In this document: piece after piece, positions 1 to 6,304 of the stretch
Position numbering within the stretch: position 1 is the stretch's first letter
Layout: every line of letters begins with the position of its first letter
Notes under the pieces: model-generated
What the model was told of the DNA's origin: nothing
The model's input: only the letters and a program-made list of their open reading frames with translations
The model's database searches: none
Source of the DNA: Octopus sinensis
Taxonomy: Eukaryota
Direction of reading: 5' to 3'
Length of the DNA: 6,648 bases
Assembly: GCF_006345805.1 (NCBI RefSeq)
Contig: NW_021829253.1
Span: 1 to 6,648 of the forward strand
Position numbers and translations under genes: made by a program

Positions 1-20
1 ATATATATACATATTATATA

Positions 21-180
21 ACGACGGGATTCTTTTAGTTTCCGTCAACTAAATCCACTCACAAGGCTTTAGTCGGCCCGAGGCTATAGTAGAAGACACT
101 TGCCCAAGGTGCCACGCTGTGGGACTGAACCCGGAGCCATGTGGTTGGTAAGCGAGCTACCACCCACACAGCCACTCCTG
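21..180 (-). mobile_element. tRNA-derived CORE-like SINE (family A; resembles octopus OR-type SINEs), 5' half
   Basis: The reverse complement reads CAGGAGTGGCTGTGTGGG...GGTTCAGTCCCACAGCGTGGCACCTTGGGCAAGTGTCTTCTACTATAGCC...GACGGAAACTAAAAGAATCCCGTCGT, then (TA)n. It has Pol III A/B-box-like motifs and a CORE-like CACCTTGGGCAAGT, and aligns to the copies at 528, 4276 and 5416. Confidence 0.9.
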
Positions 181-189
181 ATTGTTAAT

Positions 190-330
190 TTCTCTCACTA
201 GCTTTCTCTCATTCTGTCTCTCTCTCCCTCTTTCTATCTCTCACTCTCACTTTCTTCCTGTTTCTTTCACTGTCCGTCTCTGTCTCCTCTCTTTCTCTCT
301 TACTGTATCTCATTCTCTCTTTCTCTGCCT
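190..330. repeat. degenerate (CT)n polypyrimidine tract
   Basis: Interrupted TCTC/TTTC run seen directly. Confidence 0.85.
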
Positions 331-334
331 CCCA

Positions 335-527
335 TACGACCATTCTAGGCGATTCCATTCTACGATACTCTTATATCTTTGTATTTCGTTGAAACAACGG
401 ATCTGTTCATACATATGTTCGTGTCTCTTGACAATACAAGTTTGGTGGTTTTCCGATATTCCGATATGCCGCCGGCACCTCATCCGTTCGCATGTGAGCG
501 CCATCGCCTTCGCTGTCGTTCTTGTAA
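335..527 (-). mobile_element. possible highly decayed RTE-type LINE ORF C-terminal fragment
   Basis: Minus-strand translation across frameshifts gives RQRRRWRSH/ERM...RKTTKLVL...NRSVVSTKYKDI...NRLEW. This follows the order of the RTE C-terminal motifs RLRWxGHVxRM, RxPKxVL, KRxxGRPxxRWKD and DRxxW. The match is weak and needs frameshifts. Confidence 0.4.
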
Positions 528-920
528 TGTGGCTGTGTGATAAGAACCTTGCTCCACAACCGAATGGTTCCGGGTTCAAACCCACTGCGTGGCACCTTCG
601 GCAAGTATCTTCTACTATAGCGTTGAGCCGACCAAAGGCTTGTGAGTGGATTTGGTAGACGGAAACTGAAAGAAGCCCCTCGTGAAGATATATATATTTA
701 TGTGCGTTTGCTTTTGTGTCTGTGTTCTCCCCCCCTCCAGCATCGCCTGACAACCGATGTTTATGTGTGTTTATGTCCCCGAAAATTACCCTTTCGGCAA
801 AGCAGACCGATAGAATAAATACAAAGCTTACAAAGAATAAATCCTGGGGTCGATTTCTTCGACTAAGGGCGGTGCCCCAGCATGGTCGCTGTCAAATAAC
901 TGAAACGTATAAAAAAGAAT
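528..920 (+). mobile_element. tRNA-derived CORE-like SINE (family A), near full length
   Basis: TGGCTGTGTGATAAG head, B box GGTTCAAACCC (573-583), CORE-like GGCACCTTCGGCAAGT and internal TA/TG tract (~688-725). The 3' half (CCGATAGAATAA...GGGGTCGATTTCTTCGACTAA...CCAGCATGGTCGC...TGAAAC) ends in an A-rich tail. Colinear with 5416-5799. Confidence 0.9.
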
Positions 921-926
921 ATATTT

Positions 927-971
927 ATCCGTCCATCCATCCATCCATTCATCCATCCATCCAAACATACA

Positions 972-1000
<29 letters not shown>
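927..1000. repeat. compound tetranucleotide microsatellite (ATCC)n + (ACAT)9
   Basis: ATCC units at 927-963 and a perfect (ACAT)9 at 965-1000. Confidence 0.95.
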
Positions 1001-1002
<2 letters not shown>

Positions 1003-1395
1003 GATATAATTATTTGGGATAGAGCAGAGAAACTGTGTAGAGTTGTGGAAATCAGGTACTCAGTGGATGTTAACATAAAGCAGAAGTCCAGTGAAAAAGA
1101 GAATACCCACGCTGAACTGTTGAGAAATCTGCAGTTACTCTATCCAGATTACAAGTTGTGGTTTATACCTGTAATTATTGAGGCCCTGGGATATATAACA
1201 CAATGCCTAAATACCAATCTTGAGAAATTAAGCTTCTCAAAACCAGAAAAGAGAAAGCTGATTCGAAGACTACAGATCTAATCCAACACTGGAACTGTAA
1301 AAATCTGTAAAACTTACCAGATATATGAGCATGCTTAGATATGCAACTACATGTATGAGAATACATGCATAAAACAAAACATACAAATCTGTATA
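1003..1395 (+). mobile_element. 5'-truncated non-LTR retrotransposon fragment, restriction-like endonuclease (RLE) domain, R4/Dong-like; pseudogenised
   Basis: The frame from 1003 reads DIIIWDRAEKLCRVVEIRYSVDVNIKQKSSEKENTHAELLRNLQLLYPDYKLWFIPVIIEALGYI...RRLQI*SNTGTVKICKT. It matches the RLE pattern (RP)DI...(D/E)I...N...EKxxKY..L...PVIIGALG. The conserved KY is decayed to TH, there is an in-frame stop at 1279-1281, and a probable 3' UTR follows. Confidence 0.85.
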
Positions 1396-1410
1396 TATAC
1401 ATACATACAT

Positions 1411-1565
1411 GATTGCCGTCCATTCGTAACCGAAGAAGACCATTGCTGACCTTCAGGGAGATTGTGCGCTCTAAGACTAACATATATTTTGTACTTGCGG
1501 CTCCGTTGGTGGCTAATGAGTCCTGCTCTTGACAAGATAGCGTACATGACTGAATGACAGAAAGT
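1411..1565 (-). mobile_element. RTE-clade LINE 3' terminus (degenerate C-terminal CCHH zinc-finger region + 3' end)
   Basis: The minus strand encodes FCHS...LSRAGLISHQRS, like the RTE terminal CxxC...SRxGLxSHxRxH motif. It is followed by the RTE-like 3' end CAATGGTCTTCTTCGGTTACGAATGGACGGCAAT and a short (ATGT)n at 1410-1398. Confidence 0.65.
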
Positions 1566-1766
1566 AAGAGTTTTCTCTCACCGGCCAGATACCTTCATAA
1601 AATTTTACGCGAACCACTAGAAAAAAGGGAGTGGGATGTTCTCTTCTCAGGTAAATTTGATGGCTAATGTAGGTCCATTTTGGCATAGCTAAAATGAACC
1701 TACTATGAAACTGAGTTGATTGTAGACCGAGGACCAGAACTGACAGAGTCCCATGCCTGTGATATC

Positions 1767-1992
1767 TATTTCATTACTACCCACAAGGGGCTAAACATAG
1801 AGGGGACAAGCAAGGACAGACAAAGGGATTAAGTCGATTACATCGACCTCAGTGCGAAACTGGTACTTTATTTATCGACCCTGAAAGGATGAAAGGTAAA
1901 GTCGACCTCGGCGGAATTTGAACTCAGAACGTAGCGGCAGACGAAATACCGCTCAGCATTTCGCCCGGCGTGCTAACGTTTCTGTCAGCTCA
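1767..1992 (-). mobile_element. tRNA-derived SINE (family B), full length with target-site duplication
   Basis: The reverse complement reads GAGCTGACAGAAACGTTAGCACGCCGGGCGAAATG...GAGTTCAAATTCC (B box, 1925-1913) GCCGAGGTCGACTTTACCTTTCATCCTTTCAGGGTCGATAAATAAAGTACCAG...CCCCTTGTGGGTAGTAATGAAATA. It is flanked by the direct repeat CCTGTGATATC at 1756-1766 and 1993-2003. Confidence 0.92.
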
Positions 1993-2154
1993 CCTGTGAT
2001 ATCAGAGTGACCCGAGAACTAAGGAGTTCTTTGTTTTCTCTATATGATGTCACCACCCCACTAATACTAGGGCTCATAAGATTGGTTACCTGGCTTCCAT
2101 GGTGTACAAGTGATAGAGATCACTACATTACGCTGACGGGGACGTCGATTCGTT

Positions 2155-2357
2155 CAAAGCCAACAATTTTGAGGGATGGACACAAGTCGATTGCATCGAC
2201 CCCGGTACTTGACTGGTACTTTGCTATATCGACCCTGAAAGGATCACAGACCAAGCTGAGCTCGGCTTGGAATTGAACACAGAACGTAAAAATGTCGGAA
2301 GGTATAGAGCTGGTCCTTTTGTCCAAGGTGCTAACAATTGTGCTAGCTCCATGCCTT
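2155..2357 (-). mobile_element. tRNA-derived SINE (family B), older diverged copy with a different 3' tail
   Basis: Aligns to 1830-1992 (AGTCGATTGCATCGACCCC...CTGGTACTTT...ATCGACCCTGAAAGGAT...CTCGGC...GAACACAGAACGTA...GTGCTAAC...AGCTC) with many substitutions. Confidence 0.8.
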
Positions 2358-2552
2358 CGACGGACTTTCCACTAGGTCCTAGATACGAGCTCTCTATTGG
2401 GAAGTAAAATGCTTTCATTTCTATACCCCTTGTATTTTTAGTTAGCTTCTTTCTTCCATCCCACACATTTAGAAGCAGAAACCTGAGTCATTGTTTATGT
2501 ATTCCTGTCCGCTGCTGTGTTTCTGCCGCTACTCAAATGGAAAAATAAAAGA

Positions 2553-2706
2553 ATCATCATCATCATCATCATCATCATCATTATTAATATTATTATTATC
2601 ATTATCATTATTATTATCATTCTTCTTCTTCTTCTTCTTCTTCTTCTTCTTCTTCTTCTTCTTCTTCTTGTTCGTCTTCTTTTCTTTCTTCTTCTTCTTC
2701 TTCTTC

Positions 2707-2751
<45 letters not shown>

Positions 2752-2850
2752 TTTATTATTACTATCGTCGTTCTTATCGTTGCTGTTATTCTTCTTGATG
2801 TTGTTGTCGTTGTTCCTTTTGTGGCTATTGTTGTTGTAGACGTTGCTATT
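2553..2850. repeat. compound trinucleotide microsatellite (ATC)n-(ATT)n-(CTT)n-(ATT)n, then degenerate (GTT)n
   Basis: Seen directly. It explains the poly-I/L/F/S ORFs at 2491-2880 and 2517-2798. Confidence 0.95.
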
Positions 2851-3017
2851 GCATTTCGGTATTACCTTTCACAGCTTTAGGACATTTGTAATAGAAATTC
2901 TTGCCTTCGGGAACGATTAAAAGAAAAAAAAACACTTTCTTTTTACTTTATTTCAATTCTCTAAATAATGTATTATCACTTGTAGATATGTAGTTGCTCA
3001 TAGGAAGATCGTTCCTG

Positions 3018-3102
3018 GCTGCTGCTGCTGCTGCTACTACCACTACCACTACCACTACTACCACTATTACTACTACTACTACTACTACTACCACCACTAC
3101 CA
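3018..3102. repeat. compound trinucleotide microsatellite (GCT)n-(ACT/ACC)n
   Basis: GCT units grade into mixed ACT/ACC units. Confidence 0.93.
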
Positions 3103-3230
3103 TAGTTGGTAAGACGGTGTTGCTGTAGTTATATTAACAATAATAATAATTCCGATGATAACAGCAAGCAGTTCACAAAATTAATGTGTATGTATGAAAA
3201 TATAGATGTATAGATCAATATGTATAGAAA

Positions 3231-3277
3231 CACGCACACGCACACACACACACATATATATACGTGTATATATATAT
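3231..3277. repeat. (CA)n(TA)n dinucleotide microsatellite
   Basis: Seen directly. Confidence 0.9.
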
Positions 3278-3278
3278 A

Positions 3279-3590
3279 CTAGCAGTATTGCCTGGCTCAA
3301 CGGGGATTTCAGGGGAGAGTTTCAGGGAGTCGCTGGCGATGTATCGTGATGATAAAAAATCCGGCCAGCTAAAATTTGGTTAAAGTGATTCAAACTGCAG
3401 ACTCAACGCAAAATGGTCACATTTAATTCAAAGCGTTAAAAATGTTGTGAAAACAATTGGTATGTGTTCACAAAGTCCAAACGATTAATACGAAAAACTC
3501 CTCCAGGCTACATCCCGAAAATTCATTTCTTTCACAGACACACACACAGATACACACACAGACACACAAGTTGAGTTTTATATATATAGA
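3279..3590 (-). mobile_element. non-autonomous Helitron (312 bp)
   Basis: The minus strand starts A|TCTATATATATAAAACTC (TC at 3590-3589), carries a subterminal (TG/TCTG)n microsatellite and ends CCCCGTTGAGCCAGGCAATACTGCTAG|T. This gives 5' TC, 3' CTAG, an A|T insertion site, no target-site duplication, and an imperfect GC-rich hairpin about 12 nt from the 3' end. Confidence 0.8.
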
Positions 3591-3634
3591 TATATGTATA
3601 CGTATATGTATATATTCGTACATATATTGATGTA

Positions 3635-3920
3635 TGCGTACCATTTCTCCGTTTTCTTTTCGTCCCTGTTTTCGTATACATTCGCTTGCTTTCTTCAAAA
3701 AAAATCTAGTGTTCTTGGCTTAGATATTCTTGGGGCCGGCCAGATTCGAGCATTCTCAACTGTAACCTGCCGAAACTGCAAGGACGCTCTGGAACTCGAC
3801 TGACGAAAGAAAGCTTCGAATGACCCTCCTTGTTTTTTCCTGTCCTTTTTTGTATCGTCTAACTGTCCGGATGATTTGTTGCCGCCTGTTACGTTCTTGT
3901 TCCATTTTTTGTTTTGTTTA
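3635..3920. repeat. unclassified complex-sequence segment, probably an interspersed repeat fragment
   Basis: A complex-sequence island bounded by TA/TG microsatellites with pyrimidine-rich ends and no credible ORF. It resembles an octopus repeat by recollection only. Confidence 0.3.
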
Positions 3921-4050
3921 ATATATATATGTGTGAGTGTATATATATATATTCCTTTGTTGATTCACGAGAAGCGATAAAATACTGAACTCAGAATATT
4001 CTTTTACACATTATACCTAAAAGTCTCTTAATTCCTGTACTCTGAATAAT

Positions 4051-4082
4051 GCACGGATTACCATTAAACTGGTAATCCGTGC
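4051..4082. other. perfect 13-bp inverted repeat (hairpin) with 6-nt loop
   Basis: GCACGGATTACCA (4051-4063), loop TTAAAC, TGGTAATCCGTGC (4070-4082). Confidence 0.95.
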
Positions 4083-4128
4083 TTGCTATTTGTATATGAA
4101 TGTGTGTGTGTGGTGGGGGGGAATGTAT

Positions 4129-4256
4129 GTTCGGCAAATCAGAGCGATAGAATAAGTACTAGGCTTACAAAGAATACGTCCTAAAGTCGATTTGTTCGAC
4201 TAAAGGCGGTGCTCCAGCATGGCCGCTGTCAAATGGCTCAAACAAGTAAACGAATA
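4129..4256 (+). mobile_element. SINE family A, 3' part only
   Basis: GTTCGGCAAA...CGATAGAATAAGTACTAGGCTTACAAAGAATA...GTCGATTTGTTCGACTAAAGGCGGTGCTCCAGCATGGCCG...AAACAAGTAAACGAATA aligns to 793-920 and 5682-5799. Confidence 0.88.
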
Positions 4257-4275
4257 TATATATATGTATATATAT

Positions 4276-4442
4276 ACAAGATAGGCTCCTTTCAGTTTCC
4301 GTCTAACAAATCGACTCACGAAGCTTTGCTCAGCCCGAGGCTATAGTAGAAGATACTTACCCAAGGTGCCACACAGTGGGACTGAACCGGGAACCATGTG
4401 GGCGGTAAGCAAGCTTCTTGTCACACAACCACGCCTGTGCCC
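4276..4442 (-). mobile_element. SINE family A, 5' half
   Basis: Aligns to 21-180 in the same orientation (TTTCAGTTTCCGTC...GCCCGAGGCTATAGTAGAAGATACTTACCCAAGGTGCCAC...GTGGGACTGAACC...CACGCCTGTGCC). Confidence 0.9.
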
Positions 4443-4508
4443 ATATATAGAAAATCGTTATTGATGTTCGGTTATATTATTTCTTTAATAAGGATAACTA
4501 TTCCTTCG

Positions 4509-4547
<39 letters not shown>

Positions 4548-4635
4548 TAACTACTACCATCACCACCACCAATACCACCACTACCAAAATTATTATTTCT
4601 ACTACAAACAACAACAATACTAATAATAATAATAA
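4509..4635. repeat. compound trinucleotide microsatellite (CTA)n-(CCA)n-(CAA)n-(TAA)n
   Basis: Seen directly. Confidence 0.92.
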
Positions 4636-4931
4636 TTCCATATATTTGCCACCAGGGCAATAATGTCGATATTTAAATACAGGAAAATGTCAAGACAAAA
4701 AAAAAACAAAAGAAAAAAATGAAAGAGATATTTCCATTTATAATGAAGAGCAGATGAAATATTTATGTGTGAAATGTAGAAAGTTGATCATATGTAAGAT
4801 ATTGCTCATTACGTTAAATAATTGAAGCCCGGAGCTTAAAATCCTCCGGTACATTGCTATAGGCAAGTAAACTGTTAGAGAATTACAGAAAAATCTATAT
4901 CGAATCAAAAGTACGAATTATTAAATACCGA

Positions 4932-5072
4932 ATATATATATATGTGTGTGTGAGGGGTGTTCTCTATCTCACCTCTCTCTCTTCTCTCTCTATATGTATA
5001 TATACATATGTATATATATATTATATATATATATATTATATATATATTATATATATATATATATTATATATA
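4932..5072. repeat. compound dinucleotide microsatellite (TA)/(TG)/(CT)/(TA)n
   Basis: Seen directly. Confidence 0.9.
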
Positions 5073-5116
5073 GGCATAATCGGTGGGGTGGGAAGGTGTT
5101 GAGTGTGAGTGACAAG

Positions 5117-5222
5117 AGAGATGAGATTGATACCCGATACGATATGCATTTAAAGAACGGTAAATGGTGATAAAATGCATGGAATAGAACACAGATATAC
5201 GCATAGATGTTTGCTCATGTAG
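5117..5222 (+). repeat. 106-bp direct repeat, copy 1
   Basis: Identical to 6171-6276 except A5132/G6186 and A5207/G6261. Confidence 0.97.
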
Positions 5223-5224
5223 CG

Positions 5225-5226
5225 TG

Positions 5227-5288
<62 letters not shown>

Positions 5289-5414
5289 TATATATAATAT
5301 ATATATATATATTTATATATGTATGTATGTATATATATATATATTTATATGTATGTATGGTATGTTTGTATGCATGCATGTATGTATTATGTATGTATGT
5401 ATGTATGTATGTAT
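5225..5414. repeat. (TA)n grading into (TGTA)n microsatellite
   Basis: Seen directly. It explains the poly-IY/MYVC ORFs. Confidence 0.93.
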
Positions 5415-5415
5415 G

Positions 5416-5799
5416 GGCGCAGGAGTGGCTGTTGGGTAAGCAGCTTGCTTACCAACCACATGGCTCCGGGTTCCGTCCCACTGCGTGGCAACATGTACAA
5501 GTGTCTTCTACTATAGCCTTGGGCCGACCAATACCTTGTGAGTGGATTTGGTAGATGGAAACTAAAAGAAGCCTGTCGAATATATATATGTGTGTGTGTG
5601 TGTATATGTTTGTGCGTCTGTGTTTGTCCCTGACATCGCTTCACACACGATGGTGGTGTGTTTACGTCTCCGTAACCTAGAAACCGATTGCATAAGTACT
5701 AGGCTTACAAATATTTAAGTCCTGCAGTCGATATGCTCGAGTAACGGTGGTGCTCCAGCAAGGTCGCAGTCAAATGACTGAAACAAGTAAACGAATAAA
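5416..5799 (+). mobile_element. tRNA-derived CORE-like SINE (family A), full length
   Basis: GGCGCAGGAGTGGCTGTTGGGTAAG head, GGGTTCCGTCCC B-box-like motif, internal (TA)(TG)n at 5580-5607, and a 3' half ending GAAACAAGTAAACGAATAAA. It has a short deletion near 5680 relative to the 528 copy. Confidence 0.92.
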
Positions 5800-5813
5800 T
5801 GTATATATATATT

Positions 5814-5943
5814 GGCGCAGGAGTGGCTGAGTGGTAAGTAGCTTGCTTACCAACCACATGGTTCCGACTTAATTCCACGAGCAAGCTATTCCGTTGATCG
5901 GATCAACTGGAACCCATGTCGTCGTAACAGACATAATGCAACG

Positions 5944-5944
<1 letters not shown>
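5814..5944 (+). mobile_element. chimeric SINE: family A tRNA head joined to an unrelated hairpin-containing 3' segment
   Basis: 5814-5866 matches the family A head, with a perfect A box TGGCTGAGTGG at 5824-5834. The sequence then switches to ...CACGAGCAAGCTATTCCGTTGATCGGATCAACTGGAACCCATGTCGTCGTAACAGAC, which is absent from the other family A copies. Confidence 0.7.
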
Positions 5945-6015
<71 letters not shown>

Positions 6016-6089
6016 AAGAGAGAGAAAGAGAGATAGATAGAGAGAGAGATAGACAGATAGATAGATAGATAGATGGATAGATAGATAGT

Positions 6090-6159
<70 letters not shown>

Positions 6160-6170
6160 TACATACATAT
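5945..6170. repeat. compound microsatellite (TA)n-(GA)n-(GATA)n
   Basis: (TA)n at 5945-5978, (GA)n at 5979-6008 and (GATA)n at ~6033-6159. Confidence 0.95.
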
Positions 6171-6276
6171 AGAGATGAGATTGATGCCCGATACGATATG
6201 CATTTAAAGAACGGTAAATGGTGATAAAATGCATGGAATAGAACACAGATATACGCATAGGTGTTTGCTCATGTAG
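6171..6276 (+). repeat. 106-bp direct repeat, copy 2
   Basis: 104/106 identical to 5117-5222. Confidence 0.97.
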
Positions 6277-6304
6277 ATAAATATACACATAAATACATAC
6301 ATAT

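Noticed and set aside
528-600. SINE heads as genuine tRNA genes
   Set aside because: A/B boxes are present, but no full cloverleaf is evident and each head continues into a repeated SINE body.
182-753. ORFs 182..658 (+), 310..753 (-) and 407..604 (-) as protein-coding genes
   Set aside because: They read through a CT tract and a SINE. The C-terminal peptide (..PTAW..VSSTIAL.RP..CEWIW) recurs in ORF 5207..5554 because it is translated SINE.
2075-2155. Possible tail fragment of another SINE family
   Set aside because: Only a vague resemblance from memory, and there is no second copy in the window to align against.
2491-2880. Hydrophobic 'membrane protein' ORFs
   Set aside because: The poly-S/L/F/I/V runs are direct translations of a stop-free trinucleotide microsatellite.
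4051-4092. Rho-independent terminator or miRNA precursor
   Set aside because: The context is eukaryotic repeat DNA with no upstream gene and no real U-tract, and a 13-bp stem is too short for a pre-miRNA.
4946-5644. Overlapping IY/MYVC-rich ORFs
   Set aside because: They are translations of (TA)n/(TGTA)n and SINE sequence.
5117-6276. LTR retrotransposon/TRIM or CRISPR-like array
   Set aside because: The repeats lack TG...CA ends, flanking target-site duplication and a primer-binding site. There are only two copies, and the interior is SINE and microsatellite.
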